Shown: positions 48,060 to 56,855 of the stretch, piece by piece
Layout: each line of letters starts with the position of its first letter
Numbering within the stretch: position 1 is the stretch's first letter
DNA from: a virus
Direction: 5' to 3' (one strand)
DNA: 64,000 nt
Virus record (IMG/VR): IMGVR_UViG_3300045988_147927
Coordinates: 32,001 to 96,000 of that record
Notes under the pieces: generated by a model
The model's database searches: none
The model's input: only the letters and a program-made list of their open reading frames with translations
What the model was told of the DNA's origin: nothing
Program-made: the position numbers and the translations under genes

Positions 48060-49364
48060 ATGTCTGATAAGTTACATATAGATATTAAGGATTTTCAGTC
48101 ATTAAAGAAAGCAGATATTTTACTAACACCTGGAATTACAGTTATAACTGGTGCTACTAATAATGGCAAGAGTGCTATCATACGTGCCATAGATTCAGCT
48201 ATCTTCAATTTAGGAGATGATTCTATGGTTAGAGGTGGTCAGCGTTATTATGGGATTAATCTATCGAATGATAGTCATAATATGTTGATGGCTAGAGATA
48301 ATGTTGGTAAGAATGAAAAAACTGCTTATCAGTTTGATGATGGTAGTGTTCAAAAGAAAGTTGGTAGAGGTCAGTTAGAAGAGGTTTCTCGTATGTTTAA
48401 TATACGAGAAGTTAAGATGAATAATGGTACTAAGATGAAGATTAATTTTTGGTATCAGAATGACAAACCTTTTCTGATGGATAAAACCTCTGGTCAGTTA
48501 TATGAATTTCTATCTATGAGTTCTTGTGATAGTTATGCCAAGGTACTTAAAGTGTTAGGTAGTGATATTAAGGCAATTAACTCTGATATTAATACTTTAA
48601 CAACTGAGATAGATACTTATAAGGGTTTAATTAATGATAAAAGAGATTTTATAAGTGATAATGAAGGTTTTGATGATGTATATGAGAGTGCTATTAGGTT
48701 AGATGGTATTATTAAGGATTATCAAAATATTTGTAGACTTATAGAAGAGATTGATGAGTATAGTACTAAGATACATAATGTTAGTACTAAAATTCACGAA
48801 TTAAAAGAAGAGGTTAATTCTCTATGGTTTGATTCTATTGAGTGTGCATATAATAATATTAAAAGTATGTATGGTAGGTATAGTGAGTTAAATAATACTC
48901 TATCTATGGCTTTATATGTTGGTGATACTGTTAATAATATTAGTAAAACAGTTAAAGATGTCAATGAAAAATTTAACTGTGTCAATAATGCTATTAATGG
49001 TGTTGATGAGTCAATAAAAAGTGTTGATATAGAATATGGAAGAATATCATCTATAAGTGATGTTTTACATGATGTTAGTGAGTATAAAAATAATTTACAA
49101 GAACTAGACACAGAGATTCATAAAATTAAATCTTCCATGATTGATGTTGATGCTAATTGTTTGGTAGAAGTTAGTAATATGGATACTAAATTATTAGAGT
49201 TGTATAATGTCATAGGTAAGGTTGAATCTTTAAGTATTAATATCAAATCTATTCAAGATGAGATAAGATGTTTGAAAGAGAATATTTCTTCAAGCAATGT
49301 AGAGTTTGAATCCTTAAAGAAAGATATAGGGTATTGTCCTTATTGTGGAAGGGAGTTTTTTTAA
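48060..49364 (+). CDS. Rad50/SbcC-like ATPase, N-terminal half ending in the zinc hook
   Basis: Walker A is ITGATNNGKSA. A long coiled coil follows. The C-terminus is CPYCGREFF. Confidence 0.7.
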   Translation: MSDKLHIDIKDFQSLKKADILLTPGITVITGATNNGKSAIIRAIDSAIFNLGDDSMVRGGQRYYGINLSNDSHNMLMARDNVGKNEKTAYQFDDGSVQKKVGRGQLEEVSRMFNIREVKMNNGTKMKINFWYQNDKPFLMDKTSGQLYEFLSMSSCDSYAKVLKVLGSDIKAINSDINTLTTEIDTYKGLINDKRDFISDNEGFDDVYESAIRLDGIIKDYQNICRLIEEIDEYSTKIHNVSTKIHELKEEVNSLWFDSIECAYNNIKSMYGRYSELNNTLSMALYVGDTVNNISKTVKDVNEKFNCVNNAINGVDESIKSVDIEYGRISSISDVLHDVSEYKNNLQELDTEIHKIKSSMIDVDANCLVEVSNMDTKLLELYNVIGKVESLSINIKSIQDEIRCLKENISSSNVEFESLKKDIGYCPYCGREFF

Positions 49365-49634
49365 GTGGCTACTTTAGATGAGGTTAAATTAAAGTTTGAT
49401 AGTGTTCAAAAAATCAATCAATCTTTAAAAGATGAGTTGATTCGTAAAGAGGAACAGTTAAAGTCTACACAAGAGAGTTATGATAATTCAGTAAAGAAGT
49501 TATTTGAGTTGACTAATACAAATTCTGTAGAAGATGCCAAGAAATATGTAGAAACAATGAAATTAGAAGTAAACACACTTTTAGAGGATATTAACAGTAA
49601 GTTATCTAAGTTCCTAGATAAAGATGGTGAATAG
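49365..49634 (+). CDS. Coiled-coil protein (possible returning arm of the Rad50 coiled coil)
   Basis: 89-aa heptad-rich ORF lying between the two ATPase halves. Confidence 0.5.
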   Translation: MATLDEVKLKFDSVQKINQSLKDELIRKEEQLKSTQESYDNSVKKLFELTNTNSVEDAKKYVETMKLEVNTLLEDINSKLSKFLDKDGE

Positions 49635-50274
49635 TATGAGTAGTATTGATAGTAGCTATATCATACGTAGGGTAATAGAACATAAGGCTTTAATAGACAG
49701 TGCAAAAAAAGATATTCATAATATGGAGTATGTTGTTAAGACAAAATCAGAAAGTCTTGAAAAACTTAATAGGTTAAAAAAAGATAGTGATTTTGCATAT
49801 GAATATTTAGATGTCTTAATTAAAGAAGAGTCAGGTAAGTTCATTAAACATTTAAATAACATTCTTGATTATGGTGTTAAATCAATATTCGATGATTGTA
49901 ATTATTCTGTTGAGATTAGGGTATCTGAAAATTCTAAGGCTACGATACATTTAGTATATGATGATGAAAATGGCAATAAATTAGAGCCCGATATTAAAAA
50001 TTGTGGTGGTGGTATTAGAACTGTTATAGGTTGTTTATCACAAATTGCTTTTATCACGCATTATAGGTTAGAGCCAGTGTTGTTTATTGATGAAGGGTTG
50101 AGTCAGTTATCTAGTCAATATATACCTAATTTCATGGAGTTAATAAATCAGATGGCTATTAAGAATGGGTTAAAGATTCTATTAATTACACATGATGACA
50201 GGTTTACATCGTATGCTGTAAGACACTATGAGGTTTCTAAAGGTGTGTCTAAACTCTTAGAAGGTGGTGAGTGA
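49624..50274 (+). CDS. Rad50/SbcC-like ATPase, C-terminal half
   Basis: Signature-like CGGGIRTVIG, Walker B VLFIDEGLSQL and LLITHD. Confidence 0.65.
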   Translation: MVNSMSSIDSSYIIRRVIEHKALIDSAKKDIHNMEYVVKTKSESLEKLNRLKKDSDFAYEYLDVLIKEESGKFIKHLNNILDYGVKSIFDDCNYSVEIRVSENSKATIHLVYDDENGNKLEPDIKNCGGGIRTVIGCLSQIAFITHYRLEPVLFIDEGLSQLSSQYIPNFMELINQMAIKNGLKILLITHDDRFTSYAVRHYEVSKGVSKLLEGGE

Positions 50275-51251
50275 TATTGAGTATGATTAATGTGGATTTA
50301 AAAGATGGTGAAAAGATAGCTTTTATATCTGATGTTCATGTTGATAGTAAGATGCCAGATTCTAGGATTGATGATATTATAGAAACATTAAAGTCTAAAA
50401 TGTTGGATATATATGATAAATGTTTGTATAATAATGTAAAATGTGTATTTTTTGAGGGGGATGTTGTTAATCGTATACAATGTCCTTTTGAGCCAATCAC
50501 TATGATGGCTGAAATTCTTTTGAAATTTAAAAACAGTGGGATAAGATGTTTTTCTATATTAGGCAATCATGATATAGTTAGGAACTCACTTGAAAATATT
50601 GAAAAGAGTCCTATACAGATACTATTTACATTAGGTGCTTTAGAACATATAAATTTAGAGAATAGGATAGTAATAAATAATACATTACTCATAACACCTG
50701 TTGATTATACAGAAATACCTGTTGTAGCTGATAAGAGTTATAAACAAAATATTTTATTAGCACATATGTTTTATAATGCTAGTGGCTTTATTGCTGATGA
50801 TAGGCATAATTTAAAAGAAGAGCAGGTGTTACAGAGTGGGTATGATTTGATTGTATTAGGTCATGACCATGAGGATTATGAGGATGTAGTTGTTGGTGAT
50901 TGTAAAATTGTTAGACATGGTTCTGTGTTAAGAGGTACATCACATAACTATAATTTCTCTAGAAAACCTAATTTTGTGGTTATAGATGATATTTGTGATG
51001 TTAAAAATACTGTAAGGAGAGTAGAGATTAAGCATAGAGCTTATAAGGATATTGCCAGTGAATATATTCTAAATAAGAAAACATTTAGCAGTATTAGTTC
51101 TATGCAAGATGTTCTTTCAAATTTAGCTGATAAATTGACTGATACTACTGAAACAGATTCAGACAGGATTTATAATATCATAGTATCAGATGAAAATTTA
51201 CCAGTTGGCAGTAGGGATTTACTTTTAAAATATATTAGCGAGGTACATTAA
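50271..51251 (+). CDS. Mre11/SbcD-family nuclease
   Basis: Phosphoesterase motifs ISDVHVD, GDVVNR, LGNHD and LGHDHE. Confidence 0.85.
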   Translation: MILSMINVDLKDGEKIAFISDVHVDSKMPDSRIDDIIETLKSKMLDIYDKCLYNNVKCVFFEGDVVNRIQCPFEPITMMAEILLKFKNSGIRCFSILGNHDIVRNSLENIEKSPIQILFTLGALEHINLENRIVINNTLLITPVDYTEIPVVADKSYKQNILLAHMFYNASGFIADDRHNLKEEQVLQSGYDLIVLGHDHEDYEDVVVGDCKIVRHGSVLRGTSHNYNFSRKPNFVVIDDICDVKNTVRRVEIKHRAYKDIASEYILNKKTFSSISSMQDVLSNLADKLTDTTETDSDRIYNIIVSDENLPVGSRDLLLKYISEVH

Positions 51252-51252
51252 G

Positions 51253-52452
51253 ATGATTGATAATGAGTTAGGTTTAATGGAAGATGTTAATGAGTTGGAT
51301 AGCGTCTTAGGGTTGGATGATAATTCATCTGAAGGTAGTGCAGACAATTTTGTAGATACTTTTAGTGATGAGGTACATATATCTTTACCTATTAGGGATA
51401 TTAATGTTATCATTAATATTTCAAACACCTTAAAGTCTTGTGGGGAAAACTCTTTTGAGGGAAAACTTGTTGCTTTTAAGGTTGTTGATGGTAATGTTAA
51501 GTTTATGTTGTCTGATAACAAGAGAAGTATTACAAGGTATGTTAAGGCTTTAAATGATACTAATCATATTGAGGGTTTTATTTGTTTAAATGTTTTATCA
51601 TTAAGTAGGATTGTCAGACTTTGTGATGATGTTTTTACCTTAATTGAACGTGTAAATGATAATGGTGAAAAAGAATATACTGTTGCTGTTCATGGTGGTG
51701 AGGTTCATGTAGATAACTATAAAGCTGATGAGTCTAGATTCAATCATGAGTATAATGATATTTTAGAGAGTAGTGTAAATAGAGAAAATATGATTGGTTA
51801 TATTAAGAGATTATATAACTATTCTCAGGCAGCTGGTGGTAGAAGTAGATACTTGTCATTCTGTAATAATACTATTACAGTTGAGTCTTTTAACAGTATG
51901 GCTAAACTTAGATGTGATGATAGTTTTGGTAGTGGATTTAGATTACATTTAGCTGATTGTAAGTTACTTGTGATGTTATTAAATTCAGATAATACTGACA
52001 TTGTTGGCTTTAATAATAGTGGTGATTTATACAGAGGTTCTAATTTTGTATTTAAAACAGAAGCATTTAAATTAGAGGATGATTCAGTTCAACAATCTGT
52101 ATATGGTAGAATGGTAGTAGATAATAAATGTGATGTTTCACTAGAACATTTAAGAAAGATTGTTGAATTGGCTTGTGGTTTACCTGAGACCACTGGTGAT
52201 ATCAATGTTTCTTTTGATGGTTGTGCTAATGTTGAAATTGTTTCTAGAAGAGGTAATTCTAGTATCAAATTAGATACAGTTAGTTTAGAAGGAATATTTG
52301 ATATTGGTAAGATTAGTTTAAGTGCTAATGCATTTAAACAAATTATCAGTACTTTAAGTGGGTATGATGTGGCAACTATGAGGTTAAGTCCTGACGGGGT
52401 AGCTTTAGATAATGAAGTAGTTAGTATGTTTGTACTAAAGAAAGACTTTTAA
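51253..52452 (+). CDS. Possible sliding clamp (DnaN-like)
   Basis: The size (~400 aa), the context next to clamp-loader and polymerase genes, and repeated beta-rich segments support this. The call is weak. Confidence 0.3.
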   Translation: MIDNELGLMEDVNELDSVLGLDDNSSEGSADNFVDTFSDEVHISLPIRDINVIINISNTLKSCGENSFEGKLVAFKVVDGNVKFMLSDNKRSITRYVKALNDTNHIEGFICLNVLSLSRIVRLCDDVFTLIERVNDNGEKEYTVAVHGGEVHVDNYKADESRFNHEYNDILESSVNRENMIGYIKRLYNYSQAAGGRSRYLSFCNNTITVESFNSMAKLRCDDSFGSGFRLHLADCKLLVMLLNSDNTDIVGFNNSGDLYRGSNFVFKTEAFKLEDDSVQQSVYGRMVVDNKCDVSLEHLRKIVELACGLPETTGDINVSFDGCANVEIVSRRGNSSIKLDTVSLEGIFDIGKISLSANAFKQIISTLSGYDVATMRLSPDGVALDNEVVSMFVLKKDF

Positions 52453-52552
52453 TATATGTTAATGTCAAATAATTATACAGATGCGTTTGATGAGTTTGCT
52501 ATAAAAAATGGTCGAGATATTTTCAATGTGTATCAGGATAGTGATACAACAG

Positions 52553-53620
52553 ATGAAGAGAGAGAGGTTGGTTAAGTGGTTATTTGATTTAATACGTAGT
52601 AGGGGAAATGCAGTTCCTATTCATACTTGGAGTGATGATATTTTCAGCAAGATAGTGTCTAGCTTATGTGATTTAGATACATATTTGATATATCAAGACG
52701 GTTCTTATAGCCTTAACAACATTGGTGCTAATATATTAACACAATTCTTCCCAGAAATTTTAGATGTTGTAAAGGGTGGCAAAGTGAGTCATAGAGACTT
52801 CTTTAAGGAAGATAAGAGGTTGATTGGGTATTGTAGGACTTTCCTAAAGTATTGTACCAGTCCTTTAGAGATGTTCAAAATGATGTCTTTTAGGGGTTCT
52901 AGTAGGTGTTATAATTTTAGACCAGCAACAGCTAAGGCTCTTTATGAGGTATATGGAAAAGATAATTGTAAAGTGTTAGATACATCAAGTGGATTTGGTG
53001 GTAGGTTGTTAGGATTCTTTACCGCTAAAAATACTTCTGAGTATGTAGGTATAGACCCGAATACCGCTGAAAGTTGTAATAAATTCATCCTTTACATGAG
53101 TAGGTATTTTACAAACAAGAAAGCATATGTCAATAAGATGGGTTCTGAGGATTTTACAATAGAGAATTATCCACAATATGAGAATTATTTTGATATTAGC
53201 TTTACATCACCACCATATTTTAACATTGAAAGATATTCTGATGATATAACACAATCTCATGTTAAGTTTAATACATATGATTTATGGGTAGATGGGTTTT
53301 ATCGGAATACAATCTATAATAGTTGTAATGCATTAAAATTAGATGGTGTTTTTGCAGTCAATATTAGTTGGGTGGATAACATTAAAGAGTATACTGATGA
53401 ATTTCTTAATGATTGTGGGTTTTATATCATTAAAGAGGATAAGTATCTTCTAAGGATTCACCCTAGAGAGAGTTCATATGGTAGTGATAAAATGTCTAAA
53501 TATGAGCCAATATGGGTAGCAAAACATTATACTGAGTTGTTAAAAGATGGTATGATAACACGAGAAAAAGCAGAAGAGTGTTATCATCGTGTAAAGTTTG
53601 GTAATAAGAGGATACTATGA
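52553..53620 (+). CDS. DNA methyltransferase (SPPY motif; N6-adenine or N4-cytosine type)
   Basis: Motif I is LDTSSGFGGR and motif IV is FTSPPY. An alternative N-terminus (52462-52572) lies in another frame across an (AG)5 tract. Confidence 0.7.
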   Translation: MKRERLVKWLFDLIRSRGNAVPIHTWSDDIFSKIVSSLCDLDTYLIYQDGSYSLNNIGANILTQFFPEILDVVKGGKVSHRDFFKEDKRLIGYCRTFLKYCTSPLEMFKMMSFRGSSRCYNFRPATAKALYEVYGKDNCKVLDTSSGFGGRLLGFFTAKNTSEYVGIDPNTAESCNKFILYMSRYFTNKKAYVNKMGSEDFTIENYPQYENYFDISFTSPPYFNIERYSDDITQSHVKFNTYDLWVDGFYRNTIYNSCNALKLDGVFAVNISWVDNIKEYTDEFLNDCGFYIIKEDKYLLRIHPRESSYGSDKMSKYEPIWVAKHYTELLKDGMITREKAEECYHRVKFGNKRIL

Positions 53621-54153
53621 GTGTTTCGGTTAAGATAAATAATATTACAAATAACTTCTACTCAGATGAATGGTATACTGAGATTGATACTGTTAAAAAG
53701 ATGTATGATTTATTAGGTGTTGAGGGGGGGGGCAACAGTTCTTTGTCCTTTCGATACTGATAAATCATTGTACGTCCAGTATGGTATAGAATGTGGTTAT
53801 AATGTAATTTATAATATAAGAGATTTCCTTGATAGGGATGTAGCATATGAGTTTGATTTTGTGATTACAAATCCACCTTTTAGCATTAAAGATGATGTTA
53901 TTGAGAGGTGTTTAGAGTATGGTAAGCCTACTATGTTGGTATTACCTATGGATTCTTTGGGTGGTGTAAAAAGACACTCATTATTTAAATCTTTTAAGTC
54001 ATTCCTAAAGTATACATTCCTACAATAAGAGTTAATTATGTTGATGTTAGTGGTGTTAAGCGTAAGGGTGCATGCTTTCATTCTATCTATATGCATTTTA
54101 ATCACTTTAGTTCAAGTTCAATTATGTTGGAGTGTGAGGAAGATAGTCATTAA
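53617..54153 (+). pseudogene. N6-adenine DNA methyltransferase (NPPF type), interrupted at a G9 tract and again near 54000
   Basis: The N-terminal part is FYSDEWYTE. The middle part (+1 frame) is LCPFDTDKS...FDFVITNPPFS...GKPTMLVLP. The C-terminal part returns to the first frame (IPTIRVNYVD..ACFHSIYMHF). Confidence 0.6.
53724..53732 (+). repeat. Poly-G (G9) homopolymer inside the methyltransferase gene
   Basis: Counted directly. It is the only long G run seen in this AT-rich window. Confidence 0.95.
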
Positions 54154-54248
54154 AGTAAATAAATAACAACATTCATTTATTGTTTGTATATATACCTTTA
54201 GGTGATAGATTTTCATAATCAGTTTTAGTAATTTCTAGAGGTTTTAAC

Positions 54249-54539
54249 ATGGATAGAGAAATGAATAGGTTGTTAGGTTTCTTAGGAACTAATGTTGATA
54301 GTAATGTTGGTACTGATTGGACTTGGACTGAGTTGGTTAAACATGCTGAGCAAGGTGATAAATTCTCTTTGTATCGTTTGACTCAATTAGCACGTCATTC
54401 TGAACAGCCAGAAATTAAAAAATTCGCTACTGAGGCTGTTACTAGGATTGAAAAAATCGTAGAAGAAGCAGCTAAGTTGGAGAAAAGTCAAGTTACTACT
54501 AAAAGTGGTATTTACTTGTCAAGTGAGCCACAGGCTTAA
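54249..54539 (+). CDS. Hypothetical protein
   Basis: ORF followed by a terminator. Confidence 0.6.
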   Translation: MDREMNRLLGFLGTNVDSNVGTDWTWTELVKHAEQGDKFSLYRLTQLARHSEQPEIKKFATEAVTRIEKIVEEAAKLEKSQVTTKSGIYLSSEPQA

Positions 54540-54546
54540 TTATAGA

Positions 54547-54575
54547 TAGGAGTACTAAATGTACTCCTATTTTTT
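54547..54575 (+). terminator. Rho-independent terminator
   Basis: TAGGAGTAC-TAAAT-GTACTCCTA followed by TTTTTT. Confidence 0.75.
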
Positions 54576-54584
54576 ATTTTATAG

Positions 54585-54613
54585 TTGTAATGTTTTGTAA
54601 GATTTGTTATAAT
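54585..54613 (+). promoter_or_regulatory. Sigma-70-type promoter candidate
   Basis: TTGTAA-N17-TATAAT. Confidence 0.5.
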
Positions 54614-54630
54614 GTGCATAAGAGGTTGAT

Positions 54631-54870
54631 ATGGATAAAGAGCATGATATATCTATTACATATACAAAAGATAATAACAATAAAAGTTTAGATATAGGTG
54701 TTGATGTATTTAATTCTGATAATGCTGATATTCATTTAGATTATGATGTGTTTTCTAAAAAGTTAAATACAGAAATAGATACAGGGTTAGGTTCTTTTGA
54801 ATATCAATCAAATAAAAACTATAGTGTTAAGATAGATTTACCTAAAGGAGATACTAAAGATGGTGAATAG
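54631..54870 (+). CDS. Small hypothetical protein
   Basis: RBS AAGAGG before ATG 54631. Confidence 0.55.
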   Translation: MDKEHDISITYTKDNNNKSLDIGVDVFNSDNADIHLDYDVFSKKLNTEIDTGLGSFEYQSNKNYSVKIDLPKGDTKDGE

Positions 54871-55150
54871 GGATATTTTACTTGATAAAGTTAAAAGATA
54901 CAAAGAATTAAAAAATCAGATGGCAATATTAAAAGCTGAGTCTGATTCTTTAAATACAGAAATAAAAGAAATGATTAAAGAGGGTGATGAAAGAGAATTT
55001 ATCTTAGGTAATTTTGTTGTTAAGTTACAAGAAATTTCAAAAGATAGATTTGATTCTAAGACTTTTAAATCAGAGAACGAGTTTCTATATAATCAGTTTC
55101 TTAGACCTGTTAATGAGGAGCGTTTACAGGTAACTGGTGGGGATATTTAG
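54860..55150 (+). CDS. Small hypothetical coiled-coil protein
   Basis: Overlapping, coupled ORF. Confidence 0.55.
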   Translation: MVNRDILLDKVKRYKELKNQMAILKAESDSLNTEIKEMIKEGDEREFILGNFVVKLQEISKDRFDSKTFKSENEFLYNQFLRPVNEERLQVTGGDI

Positions 55151-55159
55151 TAAATTTAC

Positions 55160-55188
55160 TTTACATAAAGTAGTTTGTAGTATATAAT
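55160..55188 (+). promoter_or_regulatory. Sigma-70-type promoter candidate upstream of the tRNA cluster
   Basis: TTTACA-N17-TATAAT. Confidence 0.45.
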
Positions 55189-55222
55189 AATTATTGTAGT
55201 TATTCTAAAAACTACAATACAT

Positions 55223-55270
55223 GACTCTATTGGTTAGGCAAGTTTTGGAGTTCAATTCTCCTTAGAGTCG
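55223..55270 (+). ncRNA. tRNA-like minihelix (acceptor stem plus T-arm, no anticodon arm)
   Basis: GACTCTA ... GGAG-TTCAATT-CTCC-T-TAGAGTC-G. It is only 48 nt. Confidence 0.4.
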
Positions 55271-55398
55271 TAATTAAATTCCAATCTCATGAATTATAAA
55301 TTGCAATATAGTGAGTGGGATATGGTCGGTGCTGATATGTCATCGAAAACGACTGCAATTCTGCAGGGTTGGCAGTTACAATATCTTAGTATTCATAT

Positions 55399-55498
55399 GT
55401 CCTCATTATGGGTTCAATTCCCATATCGCCGGTGCAGTACTGGCGATAGACAACGTGTGTCCGCAAAACACATAATAATGGTTGTTGTCATGAGGACG
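55399..55498 (+). ncRNA. Cloverleaf-like structured RNA candidate containing a canonical T-arm
   Basis: The closing stem GTCCTCA/TGAGGAC encloses three arms: ATGGG-TTCAATT-CCCAT, TCGCCGG-TGCAGTA-CTGGCGA and GACAAC...GTTGTC. The arm order is not that of a tRNA. Confidence 0.3.
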
Positions 55499-55516
55499 AA
55501 TATTAATATTGATTGT

Positions 55517-55604
55517 GGATAGTTGTCCGAGTGGTTTAAGGAGTTGGTCTTGAAAACCAATGTACAGAAATGTACCAAAGGTTCAAATCCTTTACTATCC
55601 GCCA
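55517..55604 (+). tRNA. tRNA-Ser (anticodon UGA), class II, CCA encoded
   Basis: Acceptor GGATAGT/ACTATCC. Anticodon arm TTGGT-CTTGAAA-ACCAA. Has a long variable arm. T-arm AAAGG-TTCAAAT-CCTTT. Confidence 0.9.
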
Positions 55605-55607
55605 CAT

Positions 55608-55699
55608 GGAGAGGTGGTAGAGTGGCTTATTACACTTCCCTGCTAAGGAAGAGTGGAGATATACTTCCACCGTGGGTTCAAATCCCACCCTCTCCGCCA
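55608..55699 (+). tRNA. tRNA-Ser (anticodon GCU), class II, CCA encoded
   Basis: Acceptor GGAGAGG/CCTCTCC. Anticodon arm CTTCC-CTGCTAA-GGAAG. T-arm GTGGG-TTCAAAT-CCCAC. Confidence 0.9.
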
Positions 55700-55707
55700 A
55701 TAAATAT

Positions 55708-55784
55708 GGTTCTATAGCTCAGGTGGATAGAGCAATGGTTTCCTAAACCATGTGTCGGCAGTTCGAGTCTGTCTAGGACCACCA
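55708..55784 (+). tRNA. tRNA-Arg (anticodon CCU), CCA encoded
   Basis: Acceptor GGTTCTA/TAGGACC. Anticodon arm ATGGT-TTCCTAA-ACCAT. T-arm GGCAG-TTCGAGT-CTGTC. Confidence 0.9.
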
Positions 55785-55988
55785 TAGGGTTACTGGATAA
55801 TTTACCTTGACGTGGTGTAACCTCTTTAAACTAAAGAATTATCAATCGGTATAGGATACAAAGATGAGAACATGTATCGCTGAAGGTATATAGTAAAGTA
55901 TATATCAAGAGAGCCAGTGTTATTGAACCTTTTTAAGAATATAATATAACGTAAAAACCGATATAATATTTTTGCTGGCACAACTCAT

Positions 55989-56065
55989 TCCGATGTAACC
56001 CAATAGGTAGAGGTAGCTGACTGTTAATCAGTGTGTTGTAGGTTCGAGTCCTTCCATCGGAGCCA
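55989..56065 (+). tRNA. tRNA-Asn (anticodon GUU), CCA encoded
   Basis: Acceptor TCCGATG/CATCGGA. Anticodon loop CTGTTAA. T-arm GTAGG-TTCGAGT-CCTTC. Confidence 0.85.
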
Positions 56066-56068
56066 TAT

Positions 56069-56143
56069 GAACTCTTAGCTCAGTGGTAGAGCCACCGGCT
56101 CATAACCGGCAGGTCGCTGGTCCGAATCCAGCAGGGTTCACCA
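56069..56143 (+). tRNA. tRNA with CAU anticodon (Met, or Ile2 if lysidine-modified), CCA encoded
   Basis: Acceptor GAACTCT/AGGGTTC. Anticodon loop CTCATAA. T-arm GCTGG-TCCGAAT-CCAGC. Confidence 0.85.
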
Positions 56144-56298
56144 TTAAGGTCTACTTTTTACCTTGCATAGATGATTTATGGTAGCTATGTATGATGTCTT
56201 TTTGAGATGTTTTAATATCATACAAAATCTTATATGCGAAAAATCGAAGAGCATAAAATATCTTGGCTGCACAGCTGGTGGAAGTCCAGCATATACTT

Positions 56299-56383
56299 GT
56301 CCGTGTGGTGAAATTGGAAAACATGACTGACTTAGAATCAGTTGACTTATGTCTTGTAGGTTCGAGTCCTACCACGGACACCA
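56299..56383 (+). tRNA. tRNA-Leu (anticodon UAG), class II, CCA encoded
   Basis: Acceptor GTCCGTG/CACGGAC. Anticodon arm ACTGA-CTTAGAA-TCAGT. Has a variable arm. T-arm GTAGG-TTCGAGT-CCTAC. Confidence 0.9.
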
Positions 56384-56411
56384 TTTAGAATTATATTTAG
56401 GGGATATTGTT

Positions 56412-56810
56412 ATGGAAAGAGTTACAATTTTTAAAGGTTTTACTATTCCAGTTATTATTAAGGTTGATGAAGAGAATAAGGTCATTACTGCATACAATAC
56501 TCATTGTGAGTATCTTGCCGAAAATGCTTTTAATAAGCTAGTGGATGGAAAATCTCAGATTTTATATATTGATTTTAGGCCTAAGTTCTGTGATAGTCTA
56601 AAACTTAAAAGTACATATAAGGCTAAGGCACGTTGTCATGGTGGTGATGTGTTTGATGTTAATATTGGTAAAGAGATTGCTAAAGAAAAGTTAGCTAATA
56701 AGTTACGTTCTTCTATTAAGAAGAGAGTAGAAAAGATGGCAAAACAGCATTTAAAGTTGTACAATTCTGTTATTGATAGTGATAGATTTAAAGAGTTGTC
56801 AGCAGAGTAA
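56412..56810 (+). CDS. Hypothetical protein
   Basis: RBS AGGGGA before ATG 56412. The listed start at 56349 overlaps tRNA-Leu. Confidence 0.6.
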   Translation: MERVTIFKGFTIPVIIKVDEENKVITAYNTHCEYLAENAFNKLVDGKSQILYIDFRPKFCDSLKLKSTYKAKARCHGGDVFDVNIGKEIAKEKLANKLRSSIKKRVEKMAKQHLKLYNSVIDSDRFKELSAE

Positions 56811-56824
56811 AATATAAATATATG

Positions 56825-56855
56825 AGAGTGTATCAATTTTGGTACACTCTTTTTT
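56825..56855 (+). terminator. Rho-independent terminator
   Basis: AGAGTGTA / TACACTCT stem followed by TTTTT. Confidence 0.65.

Noticed and set aside
55317-55431. An intron-containing or oversized tRNA ending in the T-arm ATGGG-TTCAATT-CCCAT plus ATCGCCG
   Set aside because: No acceptable 5' acceptor strand was found (the best, CGGTGCT, has a mismatch). No D-arm or 7-nt anticodon loop with U33 could be drawn.
55289-56384. ORFs 55289-55522, 55414-55605(-), 55523-55717 and 56151-56384(-)
   Set aside because: They overlap canonical tRNA genes or tRNA-like structures, lack an RBS and have implausible sequences.
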